Below the pieces are notes generated by a model that searched no databases, was not told where the DNA came from, and saw only the letters and a program-made list of their open reading frames with translations. A stretch of 64,000 bases of DNA, taken from contig OZ024745.1 in the NCBI GenBank assembly GCA_964016885.1, positions 26,350,001 to 26,414,000 on the forward strand, in the 5' to 3' direction. Both the position numbers and the translations under genes were made by a program. Shown here one piece after another: positions 1 through 14,520 of this stretch (position 1 is its first letter; each line of letters begins with the position of its first letter). This stretch comes from Eledone cirrhosa (Eukaryota).

Positions 1-168
1 TGAATATAAAGGAGTGATGCTAGAGCTGTGAAATATTGCATGCATTACTTTCAACTCTTCTTATTAATAACTGTATTGTTTCTTTCCAGCGACTATGTTG
101 AAAAATAAATCTCATTTTGGTCATTCCATTCATCTCGGTCAGCCCTTGAACTTTTTAACCTATGAACT

Positions 169-306
169 GGTACTTTTTTATCGACCTCGAAAGGATGAAA
201 GGCAAAGTCGACCCCGGTGGAATTTGAATTCATAGCACGAAATGCTGTGGAGCGAATACCGTAAAGTATTCTATCCGACGTCTTTAACGACTCTGCCAGT
301 TCGCCA
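169..306 (-). mobile_element. tRNA-derived SINE family A, diverged copy
   Basis: Contains the family core tcgacc.cgaaaggatgaaaggcaaagtcgacc shared with about 10 copies in the window; degenerate B box on the minus strand. Confidence 0.7.
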
Positions 307-500
307 CTCGGGTCGATATAAATAAAAGAAAATGTTCATATAATATTACCTTAACCTTAATGAAACCATGTTTTATGAAAGGTAATAGTAACTGTGTTTA
401 AACAGAATGTTTTTAACATAAGTATTAATAACACGATAAAAAACATCCGGAATAATTTAAATTTTTGTGTTATACCTATAAACGTTATTTCTCAGTTCCC

Positions 501-752
501 TATTAGAATGTCTCAGCAAAGAATCGCTGGACAGATCTTACGGGCAAAACCAACTGACAGGATACCCAATGGTAGACGACGAGAAAGACGGTTGGATAAC
601 GGCCATGAGCCCGGCTAGTCTCGCTTTGTACCCAGCCGGATCAATTGAGGACGGTTGCTTCTAAGAGGACCCATTGGAAAGAGTGTTTGAGGACTCTGCT
701 TCCAGGACCCTCTGAGGAATAAGTGGGAGAAGAAGAGTAGAAAAAGAAGAAG
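501..752 (+). mobile_element. RTE-clade LINE 3' fragment with (GAA)n tail
   Basis: Translates RMSQQRIAGQILRAKPTDRIPNGRRRERRLDN, matching the RTE C-terminus (G-R-R-G-R-P..RW.D); homologous to copies at 21.5, 27.3 and 37.1 kb; ends in gaagaag. Confidence 0.75.
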
Positions 753-2188
753 CAGCATATATATTCTACATCAATACTTTTCTTCTTGAAAGACTTCTTT
801 CTTAACGGGTTTGAAATAAGAAAGAATGTTTATAGCGACAGATTTTCCACAAATAAATTATATTTAAAATATTTCGTTTTCCTAGAGATAAAATTCTTTT
901 CAGCATTTTTTTTCTTCTGTGATGTTATTATCATTTTTTGTGTGTTTGATATAATTCTATCATAATATTTTTTCTCGAAAATTAAGAATATGAATGTTCT
1001 GAATGCAATGTAAAACAGACCACAAAATATATGCGATTTCATTCCTTACATCTTTTCTATTTTACTCTCCCTACTTGAAATATTCCATTATTTCACATCT
1101 TATATCATTCATATGTTACAACATTTATTTTCAAGTCTCCCTCTTTTATCTCATTTTTTCTCTGACAATTTTAGTCCCTATTTGAATGAACTCTTCCCAT
1201 AGGACATCTTAATACCGGCAAATAAAATCTGTCTTGACACATATTCTCCCAAAGCGGAAATACAGAAATATATATTGAAATATGAACCCCAAAACTTAGA
1301 TGCAAATCTATTTTTAATTCAAACAACGGATATAATAAAATTGTCGTAAAACTGTGCCGTACTTTAAATAATGTAGGGGAGGAAAATACGTAGAAATTCT
1401 AGATTTTAACAAAAAGTATTTTTTTAGTAAGATCTTTATTAAACGTTACTTATTTGTATTACTATAATATAATAATAACGTTTCGGAATTAGATTTTAGT
1501 TATGCTCTGTTTGAAATAATAATTGCAAATAAAAATATCGGGAGCACATGAAAACAAGGTTTTTTTTTCAGAAGAACCACATGAGATCAAATTGACTGTT
1601 AAGTATTAATAGCAGTATTCTAGTGTCGAGTTAGTAAGTTGCCTGGAAGATATAGAAAAACTTCAGTAATGATAATTATTGATTAAATGCATGATGTAGT
1701 CAGTGTAATCAACGAATTGGATATGCGGAACATTCTTACTGTTTTCTCAAGTTTCAAATCGAGCTGTACTAACTGACTAGCTTATGCTGTTTAAGCCATG
1801 ATAGAATGTGTAGATGTATGCGTATATCTGAGTCTATTTAGCCATGCGTAGTGAATGGCTTCTGCAGGTGGCATACTGGTAAATAAATTGCTTTGAATTT
1901 TTTTTATCATGTTATCTATATTCTGAATCACCCTTAGATACTTTTAGCAGAGATGGCTCTGTTACAACCATTTGGACAAGGAACTCGATTAAGGGGTAGC
2001 AATTTGGTTATGCTTATTCTTACTATATATTTCCCTTTCCGTACTGTATGTCATTTGACTTTAATGAAGGCCTACGATAATTTTGATCGTACTCACTACC
2101 ACCTACAAACATGGAAACATAAAACTTAACTTCCTCTGAAATACAAGTCTATTATTACTAACTAATTTATATTATATACGTAAATATA

Positions 2189-2371
2189 ATTGACAGTATC
2201 GGTAGAGCGTCAGACACCATGCTTTACAGCATAGAGTTATGTCCCTTTACGTTCTGAGGTCAAATCCCACCTAGGTTAACTTTGCCTTTCATCCTTACAG
2301 GGTCGATAAAATAACGTACCAGTAATGCACTGGGATAATTGCTGGCCTTGTGCCAAAAATAGAAACAATTT
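2189..2371 (+). mobile_element. tRNA-derived SINE family A
   Basis: A-box-like tgacagtatcgg, B-box-like gaggtcaaatcc, core gcctttcatccttacagggtcgataaaat, 3' ggccttgtgccaaaaatagaaacaatt. Confidence 0.8.
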
Positions 2372-3975
2372 TATACGTAAATAAGACCATTATTGCCCCA
2401 ATCAGTCGACAAACAACCAGAAAATACCCTAAACCGAACGCCAATCTGTACTCAGGAAACCTGCCAAACAAAACCATACCCACACTCTAAATAGGAATAT
2501 CAAACGCAGACCACCCATCTTCCCAAAAGCAGCATACGTAAACGGACTGCAACAACTACCAACAGGGGAAGACCGACATCATCAAGCTGTGACTGTTTTA
2601 TTAAGTACTCTGCATTCCAGTTCATGTCTGCAAGATGGTATCGCCACCTAGATAGAACCGACTTTCCGTAACATTATTTTCTTTCATTCAGACACAACAG
2701 ACAAATCAATTTGGTTGTAGATTTTTCTGGAATAAAGTACATGTTAATTTATCAAAGTTCATCTGATGTTACTACCGTTCTCCAAATTTTTCCAATGGTC
2801 ACACATTATTCGTGCTCTCACATCCTGTATCAAAGAAAATTATCTCACTTATAATTAGTCTTTCATTAAGGAAATATATGCTATCTCACATCTACGCAGT
2901 TATTATAACTGGTGGTTTTAAAGCCGGTACCTCAAATTTAGCTTTTGATTCCGCCAGGAAACAACCTCTACTATATTTAACTTGGATTAATTCACAATTG
3001 TTCGAGAGATATTCCTTGCTTGCGGCCTGTAGACTTTGAAATCCTTCAAAGAGAATTTTAAGGTCACCCTATAATTATGATAGTGTTTCACCTCACTCAC
3101 TATATCATTATATATATATGTGTGTGTGTGTGTGTCTTTGATACACAACTACATTTCTCACACACATACTCTCTTTCTCTCACTTAAAATTCTCTGCCAT
3201 ACCAATCCTCAAAATGAATCCCCACAGGTTAACTCATGACTATTTTGTATGATTAATTTATTGGTAAGAGGTTAATTAAAAAGATGTGTTATAAAATGTA
3301 TCAAACACTGGAACTTAAAGTTATTATTTTCACCTGTCATCAGCAGTCTATTTCTCTAAAAGTAGATTTTAGGGTACATTTCTAAAGTCAATTGCGCCAC
3401 TTGAAATATTTGAGGTGCTATTTTTTTTATTAAGGAACTCTTAATATTTAGCCTTCCGTGAATACTAATCATAACCATATTGTTGTCATATGTCAAAATA
3501 CTGTTAATTCACAACATTCTGTCTTTTCCACTTTGAGACTAACAACTCGCCATCTCACAACGAAGCTAATCATTCCACCCTGGCATTATTTTACAGTTCG
3601 ATTACATATAGTTACATTGATTTGTCTTCTGTATAATCGAGGATTATGAATCGATGCATTATATACTCTTAACGTTATGAACAAAATATCTTTCTTAAAT
3701 ATTTTAATGAATTTTGTTTTGGGTTCTTGTTAAAGTTTCACGAATGAATTATTTTGTTAACATAGTCCATCTATTTGTTTCTATATATAACGTATATAGA
3801 ACAAACGTCTTCACTTTACTTACTTAGGACACTAGGATTTCATTCGACGAAGTTTGAGTGATATATTTAGCAGGTCGAGCGACCACGAAGAAGCATCTCA
3901 TTGGTTACTGTTGTCACGCAAGGTCTGTCCAGCAATTAGCAATATGACATGTTTACTTCGCACATATTATATATA

Positions 3976-4011
<36 letters not shown>

Positions 4012-4048
4012 TGTGTGTATGTGGGTATGTGTGTATATGTGTGTGTGT

Positions 4049-4119
<71 letters not shown>

Positions 4120-4775
4120 CTTGCGATTGTGTTTATATTTGTGTATGAACGTAAATATATATATATTTATATATATGCATATTACAATTATCTTGCAATG
4201 AACATACACTTTAAGCACACAAATGTAATTACACATACACATACAGTCATAAATTATACGCATAGGCGTATATACAAACGCTTATTGAAGCTGGGAAATA
4301 ATATGGCTGCCTTAGGTTTCAGTAGTATCTAAAACAAATATGCCAAATTTTACAATATGCCAGTTGGAGTCAAGAATCCTATCTTTAACTGCCGTCTCTA
4401 GACAAATCTGTCCACATTTATCTAATCATTAAATCCTTCTAAATGATATGACCATGTCAACCCACCACCACCATACAACCACCACCCTTACCATTTCTAA
4501 CTGCAACATCACATCGTTCCAACATGACACTAACATAGTTATGGCCACACCACCCGCCATGCAAAGTTAAGTCTTATCTACAAGACTCAGGAACAATGTT
4601 AGGAAACATTAGACGTGGCTTAGTCAGAACTTTCCGTATTTTGTTATTACTTTTCATTTGTCTTCCTCTTCATTCTCTCAATCCAATTTAGAAAGAGAAT
4701 GACTGAATTAAACGACCACTGTATATATATATATATATATATATGTATATTATATTTATTAAAGTAACAGATTAC

Positions 4776-4806
<31 letters not shown>

Positions 4807-4823
4807 GTTATATATATATAATA

Positions 4824-4876
<53 letters not shown>

Positions 4877-4980
4877 GTATATATAAAGAGAGCTTTTCGT
4901 ACAATATTCAGATATATTATTGACGAAACTGAGTGACATATATATACGAATGCATATATCAATCTATCTATATATCTATA

Positions 4981-5011
<31 letters not shown>

Positions 5012-5549
5012 GCATGTGTCTGTGTGAGTGTGTGTGTGTATGATATGCAAAATATCTTACATAAAAGATTGTAATAATTGACAAGGTGTTTGCATGCCAG
5101 TAGAATGCGGTTAGAAATATAAAGATGTTGCAGGTGTAAAGGAATGACAAAACAAAACAAAACAAAATGTTTTACACAATATATTTCTACTTCCTAGTAA
5201 TGATTCGTGAGAACAACACGCCTCAGGTTTCTGTTTTCATTTCAAAAGAAGATATTTGCCTTGAATTCAGATAATTATAATGATTTTCTCAACTCTTATT
5301 TATAGTGATCGCCTATTTTTATAGAAATTTGGGTTGGGCCGGGTTGAGAGGCTTACATTTTAACTTTTTAATCTTCTGAATGTTTCTTAAATCGACCGAC
5401 ATTTACATTGCTAATTACAAACTATCTTCTAAATGAACCGAATTGTGCCGCTGTAAAATTTCAAAAACCTCTATTTTGTTTCTTGTCGGAACTCATTCAG
5501 TCGTGCTTATTTGACATTCCAAAATGTGATTTTGCCCTCTTCATTGATA

Positions 5550-6130
5550 TATGATTGTACTATGATGGTAACTGGTAGGTGGTATGAGGAAAGATGAGAA
5601 ATTGTCTGTCAGGATTTTATGGCAGGTATGTACATAGAGAAGGATATGTCTGAGGAAGAGCTGTTACATCTAGCTTGGTAAGTTTATGTGTTGCTTCGGA
5701 GTGATTTGAATGTAAAGTGATTTAAATTGCGATGATATTACGTCAGCCCTTTTGTTTAAATAACCTTTGTTGCCAGAATATGTTGTAAGCGTTGAAGTCT
5801 CCTCAATTGAGAGAAATTAGGGTTTTATAACTGGAGCGTGTAATGCGGTGAATATGTTGTTAAGTATGATGGTGGTATGGGTATGTTTCTTAAATTAATG
5901 TGCTTCGAATTTCTGGTTTTTATTTGGAAAGCTTGCATTGTTAGTGCCATGTCATTTCTGATTAGTTTAAGAATATCATGTGTGTTATCTTGATAACGCT
6001 GTAAAATCGACACATTAGTCAGATTTGGGCATAACTATGAATGGTGGGCGTCCTAAATTTCGTTCGTAAGTACAATTTCCGAATTATTGCTACATGAATA
6101 TCGCACGCGAAGATAACATATTTCAGTTCT
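5550..6130 (-). pseudogene. Degenerate apurinic endonuclease (APE) domain of a Jockey/I-type LINE
   Basis: Minus strand gives, in order and across frameshifts, HINLRNIPIPP, GDFNA (ggagacttcaacgct), SSSDIS and SYHLPVTI, matching APE motifs NIYIPP / GDFNA / S.D.. / SDH.P. Confidence 0.6.
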
Positions 6131-6248
6131 ATATAAACCTAATATAACTGTAAAATTGCCTCCTGTGTTTTGTTTGTTCATTTTCAACTATATATATATA
6201 TATAAGGGAACAAATAATCAGTATGTTGCATCATATACATATTTAATT

Positions 6249-6340
6249 ACATATTACACATGTTTCACTGTCTATCAGTTCGAGGAACGATCGACGAATG
6301 ATCGAACCTGAATCTGGAATCGGAAGCTCCTAAGATATGT
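6249..6340 (-). ncRNA. Degenerate type I hammerhead ribozyme (long stem II family)
   Basis: ACATAT-CTTAGGA(core mutated)-long stem II-GAA-ACATGTGT-A-ATATGT; homologous to 13571 and 49556 copies; element abuts (TA)n. Confidence 0.55.
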
Positions 6341-6628
6341 GTTAACATGTAGACTCTGTCTAAGAATGGTTGGATATTTATCCGGAATCATTCTTTTATG
6401 CTGCCACAAACTCTGTCAAAGGGGTGTGTCTTCACCGCATTCTACTTGTTCAGTTGTATTCGGTCAAATCACAGTTGGGGGCAGCCTATAACTTAGCAGC
6501 TATTACTGTTATCCGTGGTCAAGTTGGCATATTCATCCTAGCGTGGCGTCGCCTCTGCCTGTAGCCTGCTGCTACAATAAACATATTACTGCGTTAGAAT
6601 GAAAACATAATACAATTTAAAAAAAAAA

Positions 6629-6815
6629 ATAATTGTTTCTACTTTTGGCACAAGGCCAGCAATTACCCAGTACATTACTGGTACTTTATTTTATCGACCC
6701 CGTAAGGATGAAAGGCAAAGTTAACCTCGGCGGGATTTGAACTCAGAATGGCAAGGGCCGTAACTCTATGCGTCAAAGCATGGCGTCCAACCCTCTACCG
6801 ATACTGCCAATTCAC
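6629..6815 (-). mobile_element. tRNA-derived SINE family A, young copy
   Basis: A box tggcagtatcgg, B box gagttcaaatcc; nearly identical to the copy at 37374-37565. Confidence 0.85.
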
Positions 6816-7100
6816 TAAAATAATACAGATGGATCAGTTCGAGTTGCGACAGGAGTAGTAAAATTCTCGGTGGACTGCTAATACATTGTCTGCAGAGAGG
6901 ACATAGCCGACCATAGAAAGGAATTTTCCATTAGCAAAGATGTATGAACAAGTTGGATTTATGCTCATACGTTGTGATTGTATGTGTGTGCGTCTTTACG
7001 CATGTTTTACGTTGTGTAAGCTGGACGCTATTAATTTTCACTTTTAATGCCTGTATATATATTATATATATTATATATATTTATTAAAATAACAGATTAA

Positions 7101-7151
7101 AGTTTAAGCAAAGAATCGCTGCTTTCACCCTTAACGGGATCTTCTGAAACT
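7101..7151 (-). ncRNA. Hammerhead-like motif, CAGAAGA-core family, copy 1
   Basis: AGTTT-CAGAAGA-T-CCC(gttaa)GGG-T-GAA-AGCA(gcgattctt)TGCT-T-AAACT; all three stems pair, core position 4 is A. Confidence 0.65.
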
Positions 7152-7479
7152 CCATTTATTTATTTATTTAGTTATCCTTTATTTAATAGAAACTCTATTT
7201 ATCCTTATCGAGCCCTCTTTGGATTTTAGTCTTCAAATTTATTATTATTATTATTATTATTATTGAAGGCTATGGTTGACGGAGAGTCGGCTCTGTAAGG
7301 TATTGTAAATTTTGACCGCTATAACAATTGTAAATTGTTTAAAACTTTAACCAACTTGTAGACAAACACACCCTCCTCCTCGTGAGAGGGGTCTTTCTGC
7401 CCGTTATTTGGCCCTTCGGGGTTAAATAACCGCCTATTGGGGTTTTGTGCCCAATATTTATTTTAAACAAAAAAACAAC

Positions 7480-9605
7480 ATGGCTACGAAAAAGAATTTT
7501 CATAGGTTACTCCCACTCATTCCGTCTTCTTCTTCCTCAATCGTCACTACAGCAGAGAGAAGATTGTCTCTCTCCCTCCCTTCTCTAAATGTGTCTCTCT
7601 CCCTCCCTTCTCTTTCGCAAGCGACGCCAGAAAAGAAAAATCACGTGCAAAGCGAGCAAGATTTCTCCACGACGACGACGACAGCGACGAAAAAGGTGTG
7701 CGGGAAATACGAAAACCCATTTCATTCGTCTGACGTCAGGAATAATAACAGTAGCAGCCGTAATAACAGCAGCAACAGTGACAAGGAAAACAACAGTAGC
7801 AGCCGCAACAACATCAGCAGCAGCATAAACAACAACAGCATTAGCAGCAACAACAACAGCAGCAGCAGCAACAACAACAACAACCACAGCAACAGCGGCG
7901 GCGGCAGTAGTCGTAGTACCTGCAGCAACAACAAAAGTAACAGCAGCTCTGACGACAACAACAACAACAACAGCAGCAAAGAAAAACCAATCTCGTTTGC
8001 AGGTATCGCAAAGAACCTGGAAACCATCCTCATAACAAATGAGGAATTAGAGGAAGCGAAGAAGATGGTGACAAAAACTGGACACCGACCAATCTGCAAG
8101 GCGGCGGAAACATTTTTCGAAACCCAACAGCACTGTACGGTCACGTACCGTACAGTAAGTACAAAATCCCGTAGGGTTGAAAGAGCCACAGAGGCTCAAA
8201 TACAAAAAGCCTTCGAGTCTGTGTGGCAGCGGAAAACGCACATCACCCCAGGCAAGAAATATGCCACCGTAGACGTACTTTTTTTCCACACCCCAGGAGG
8301 CAAAGGCTCAATCCTTAGTGACCCTAAGGAGCGAGGAAATGGTGTTGGTGCCCTCCTACTGCGGGTAAAAAATTGTGAGGGTCAAACTGACCCACGCCCC
8401 CCCCCCCCCCCCGGATGGCCACTTCTTGGCTGGCCGCGTCTGTCGTCGTCGGAATCGAGGACATAACAACTGAACTGCAAGTACAGAAAAAAGTAAGAGA
8501 AGATTGGGTCGGCACCTCCATTGAGATGTTAATCCAAACCAACCAGGAGTGCATCGAAGCTATCCCGGATGTGATAGACTTCGATAACGGCACTCAACTG
8601 CCCATAAGTGTTGAGGGCAAACGCCCGAAATGCTTTCGCTGTGGATGGAAGACTCACCTCAGGGCCTTCTGCAACGAGAAGACCCTGAGAAAGGAGAAAA
8701 CCCCCCTCCTTCCGAAACCGGCTCCACGGCTATCAGCAACAGGACAAGCGGCAACCAGGAACGATTGGTCCGTGGCACCCATACCCACGCCACGGAAATC
8801 AAAAACAGCAGCAGCAGTGGAAGTATTAACAACAACAACAGCAATACCAAATGCAGCTGCAACAGAGACTCCAGTGCAAACATCACCAACAACAAGTGAA
8901 AGAGTAGAGCTGGTACCCCTCCCCGACCTCACAGAATCAGACATGGAGTGTGAGGTGGGAGAGGGATGGCAAATGGTTGTAAGAAGGCACAAATGCAGAA
9001 GCAGCGCATCGTCGCCTTTGAAAAGGGAGGAAAGAAATGAAAAAAGGGTAAAGGCTACTGCAAAGAGACTCACAGCAGCAACACCACCAACACCATCACC
9101 ACCCACACTAGCACCACCATCACCACCGGCGACAACCCTACCGCCAACAACACCTTCAACACCACCACCACAAGCACGAACATCGTAAACACAACAACAA
9201 AATACACACACCCAGCAACAACAAGAAAATAGCAGAACCACACTCCACCCCCAGAAAAACAAATGCACGGCAATAAATACACACAACAAGAAACTAATGA
9301 CTTACATAATTGAACACACAGACATTTCACAACACGACTACATGATACCAGCACCAATCAAAACGCCAACTAACATAAGACTGCTAAAAATAGCACAGAA
9401 ACAATACACAAACAGTAAAACGAAATTCCCCAACGCAGTTGGTGATTTCAGAGACCTAGGAGGGACACTCAACCGAAGAGTATATTCGGACATACTCATA
9501 GAAGAGCCGACGACCAGCCGAAGGGACGATTCAACGGTCCCTTCACCAGACGATCAAGTGAAAAGGGATGGAAAAACCATCCCTCCTCTACGAAAAGTAC
9601 GGTAA
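7480..9605 (+). pseudogene. Tx1 ORF1 (gag-like, CCHC zinc knuckle), disrupted
   Basis: ATG at 7480; N/S low-complexity tract; KCFRCGWKTHLRAFC knuckle near 8630; frame changes at homopolymer runs (T run near 8280, C16 at 8397-8412); in-frame TAA at 9186 followed by open frame to 9605. Confidence 0.75.
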
Positions 9606-9640
9606 GTGGTCTTTCCCATCTTTTCCACTCTATTTTAAAC

Positions 9641-12600
9641 ATGACCTCACTCAGAATAGGCAGCATAAATGCGCGTGGCTTGGGGTCATCATGGAAGCAG
9701 GGTCACCTGCTCAACGACCTCAGGTCACTAAACATAGATGTAGTGGCCATCAGCGAGACCAGAATCTCCAAAGCACGGGCCTTCGCACCGATCTTCGGCG
9801 GCTACGATGTGTACGCATCTCCCAGCCGTCCTGGATTGGGGGGAGGAGTTGCTGTGCTTTTTCGGAGAGGTTTGGATTTCGCCATACGGGCCATCTTCCT
9901 GGACCCAGAGGGTAAGTTGGTGGTGCTGGACGTGACCAGCGGAGACGGGCAAGCTTTCAGGCTAGTGGCCGTCTATGCCCCGACAGGAGCAGGGCGGCCT
10001 GATTTCTTCCGGCGTCTGGAGACCTTTCTTGGAACGTCCCGCTCTTTAGTGTTAGTGGGCGACTGGAACAGGATCTTAGATGCACGCTGGGACTGTGTGG
10101 GATTAGCGGATAGGGGTGGGGTGCAAGAGCCTCACCAACCTGCTCAGGCGTTTTTAACTGTCTGACAGGTACGATTGGATTTCCCGAATGTGCCAATGTG
10201 GACTTGGACAAATCGCATAGGGTCATCCAGATCATATCTAGATAGAGTATTTTGTAGGGAAATAGATAGGTCTAGCATAGGCTGTCCACAATTCAAGATA
10301 GTAAGGCTTTAGCAATAGAGAAAAATAGAGCAGAGGGAGAACTAGTTAGAAAATTAGACGAGGCGCTTAGCAAAGGCATTGCGACCGACGTGCTTGCGGC
10401 GAAATTGGCCCTTGACCAATTCTTCAATGCAAAGCACGAAGGCTGCGTTGTCAGAGCTAGGGTGCGTGCTCTCAGACACGAGGGGACGAAAGCCGTTCAA
10501 TGGGCCAGAGTGGCGGAGGCGCGTCGTGGCAACAAAGCCACGATCCGGTCTTTGGTGGACCACGACGGGCGCATGCTACTCGATCCCGGGCAAATGTGTG
10601 AAGCTTTTCAGCAACACTTCGCTCAGCTGTTCGGGGGCAGCGGTGGGCCGGGTCGAGGGATGGACTTTAGTGTCTACCTCAACGGACTACCGCGGCTCTC
10701 GGCCACTGAGGCGGAGTGTTGCGAAAAGCCGATAACAGCCGCTGAAGTAAGGGAGGCAATGACTGGCTGCACAAGGGGTAAATCGCCTGGTTTGGATGGT
10801 CTGCCCTATGAACTTTACGTACAGATGCCAGACTTGTTCGGAGGCCTCTTGGCGGACGTCTACTGCAACTGGCAACAGAACGGGAGAATTCCCAGTTCTG
10901 TGAGCCGAGGAGCGGTGGCACTGCTGAGAAAGGATCCGAACAAGGGGGATAACATAGATAATTTCCGGCCCATAACTCTGCTAAACACAGAGTTCAAGAT
11001 TTTGGCCAAGGTGCTAGCAAAGAGGTTGGCGCTTGTCGTTGGTGGTCTGGTGAGAGAGGCGCAGACATGCGCCATTCCCGACAGATCCATCCACGACAAC
11101 CTCCACCTCATGCGATACATTGTAGAGAGGGTAGCTAGGGAACCTGGCACCGGTGGGTCCTTGATCAGTCCTGAGTGCGGCTGGCTTTGGGCCCGTCTTC
11201 AGAGGCTGGATCGCTGCCATGCACAGCGACATCTGCTCTGTGGTGAGAGTGAACGGTCACCTGTCGGAACCGTTCAACATCAAGCGCTCGGTCCGCCAAG
11301 GATGTCCCCTCTCGTCCCTCTTGTACGTATTGACTCTCGAGCCATTACTGCACAAACTGGAGACGTTGAGGGGCGTCCCGCGCGAACTAGGATGCGGAAG
11401 ATCCGTGTCAGCATATGCCGACGATGTCACCGTAGTGGTGTCGAACGCCAAACACATCGAGGCGATCAGCACTACACTAAGAGAATACGAAGCGGTGACA
11501 GGAGCAATGATCAACCAGCTCGGCACCTGGAGAGGCAGGTCCATGCCGTCCAACAGCGTCGTCGGACGCTGGACCGACGGACCGGTTAAATTGCTAGGGG
11601 TCTGGTTCGGTCCGGACCTCGAGACGGACAAAAACTGGGACGAGGTGACGAGCAGGGTGGCTTCTCTCACCCAGAAATGGGCGGAGGGAAAGCTATCCCT
11701 GAAAGGTCGAGCGGAGGTGGCTAACGCGTATATCGCGCCTGTCATCTGCTACCGCCTGACCGTCGTACCTTGTTCTAAGCCCCGCCTGACTGCGCTGGAG
11801 CGTTTGCTCTTTCGCTTTTTGTGGAAGGGACGCGCTTCGATGGTCAGGCGGTCCATCTGTTGTCAACACCCGCTACGTGGAGGACTGGGCATGCCGTGGC
11901 TGATGATGCGCAGGCACGCGCTCAGGCTACGACATCTCCACCTCTTACTCGACGGTGATCAGGTGTGGTCACCGTTTGCTAGACACGTATTTCCCCAACT
12001 CGTTTCCTTGACGGAGCTGCAGTCCTGGGTCAAGCGAAGACCGAGAGGGAACGCCTGGAGACTGGAATGTCTTCAGGCGCTCACAGCCCTCGACCAATCG
12101 GGCAATGTGATCGGTGGAAACTCCACCTCGGCGTTCTATAGAGGATTAGTGGAGGGGAAGAGCGACGACGTACTTGGGGAAACTCTAGGCGTCGACGAAA
12201 ATCAACTAGCCAATCTCTTCGGAAGAACTTTCGGGCCAGGGCCTATGGACAACTTCCAGAAATCTCTGGCCTGGCAGTGCTACCGAGGAGCCTTGCCAGT
12301 TCGGGATAAACTCTACAGGCATGGAGGTGCCGTCAGCCGGGCATGTCCGAGATGCGCGCAGGGCGACGAAACCGTCCTGCACGCACTCGTCCAGTGTCCG
12401 AAAATTGCTGACTTGTGGGTTTATGTCGAACACCTGCTGTCGCGTTTAGGACGGATCTGGCTATCATCTGAGTCCATTGTGAGGATTGCCCCGCCCTCCT
12501 CCTTTAGCCGGGAAAAGGCAGGCAGTTTTTATCTGTCTGGTGGCCATGGCGAAAGAGATAGTATGGTGGACACGTTTGAAAGGGCTGAAGACGAGCACTT

Positions 12601-12761
12601 ACCTCTTCGGTGATGCTCTGATTGACTTTTTCAAATTTCATTTGAAAAGGAAAATCAGAGTAGAGAGGGAAGTGCTTTCTTCCCAGCATTTTGTTGAAAG
12701 ATGGGTGAGAGAAGCAAGAATGGCCCGAGTGAATGGGCCTACTGTGAGTATATATCTGTAA
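9641..12761 (+). pseudogene. Tx1 ORF2 (APE endonuclease, reverse transcriptase, zf-RVT), frameshifted and deleted
   Basis: SINARGL, SETR, VYAP, GDWN (EN); KSPGLDGL, NFRPITLLN, RQGCPLS, YADD at 11414-11425 (RT); CPRCAQGDETVLHALVQC; split over four frames. Confidence 0.93.
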
Positions 12762-13009
12762 ATTAAAGGTGGAAAACTGGGAGAGGGCACTTGCCTTGGT
12801 GGTCAGGGTCATTGTGGCCTTTTACTGGGCTTACTCCACAAATGTCCCTCCGAAGTCTCCCCCCTATTGGGGAATTTTTCATTGTTATTTTTTGTTACAT
12901 CCTCTGTTTTTGTTTTTTACACGCAGAAATGCCCATTTGTACCGTCCTGTATTGTCCTGCACTGTCCTTAATGTCTACTTTATGTAAACCCTTGTGGTTA
13001 ATAAAGAAA

Positions 13010-13401
<392 letters not shown>

Positions 13402-13407
13402 CATATA

Positions 13408-13492
<85 letters not shown>

Positions 13493-13570
13493 GGTTTTGG
13501 ATGCTTAGAGCGTCCGTATGCGGTAGGTCGTATAAGCAATCGATAGGAAAATTTGCTTCGTAGAATCAAG

Positions 13571-13664
13571 ACGTATCTGAGGACCTTGCGATTTTCAGAG
13601 TCAGGTTCGATCATCGCATCGATCGTACCTCGAGCTGGTCGCCAGAGAAACGATAGTAATATGT
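13571..13664 (+). ncRNA. Type I hammerhead ribozyme with long stem II
   Basis: ACGTAT-CTGAGGA-C-CTTGCGA...TCGCCAG-A-GAA-AC(gata)GT-A-ATATGT; GUA triplet; island 13490-13710 flanked by (TA)n. Confidence 0.75.
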
Positions 13665-14113
13665 CCAATAAATTCCATTCGTCGCAAAACTGATTCTCTT
13701 TTTTTCTGTGATATATATATATATACATATATAACTACGAGGTTCGGCTGAAAAATTCTTTGTGAGTTCGATTCTCTGACCAGGTGATGCGCAGTGTCCT
13801 TGAGAAATACACCTCAGGAAGAAATCTTATGTGATCAGTCCTGGAAAGTGGATGGTCTCCGTCAGGGATTAAATGCCCAAGAAAATCTGTATGTAACTAC
13901 GGGACAACCACGACTGAACTAGGCATTGCAGGTCCACACACATTATATGAATGTATAACAGTAAAACTGTGTGAATTTAACGGAATTTAACCTACTTTTT
14001 TAATTAGACCGTAGCTAAATATACTTTGTTTCCGCAGTAAAATACGTAACAAGATTTTCCCCACATAACTTACATTACACTATAGCTTTTAAATTCCTCG
14101 CCTTGCGTACTTC

Positions 14114-14148
<35 letters not shown>

Positions 14149-14422
14149 TAAAACATGTCTATAGAATCACCAGATAAAATATATACTATTTCCTCTCCCA
14201 ATTAGCATAATTAACCATATAAAAAATCGAATAGACCAGGCTATAAGAATAAGGCTTCTATGAAGAAATCTCCAACAAATAACCGAAACCACAAAGTGAC
14301 CCGTTGCAAAACACGTATATGTATGTATATATATATATATATGTAAACCTTTATATATATATATGAAGAAGTACGCAAGTATACATACGAACACGCACTC
14401 ACTCGTGGACAAACACATACAC

Positions 14423-14520
<98 letters not shown>

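Noticed and set aside
7585-12433. Antisense and alternative-frame ORFs over the Tx1 element
   Set aside because: Shadow frames of GC-richer or low-complexity retroelement coding sequence; no independent motifs.
14160-14330. TA-flanked repeat shared with 17390-17560 and 54660-54830, tested as an HHR carrier
   Set aside because: Homology is real but no intact core could be assembled in any copy.
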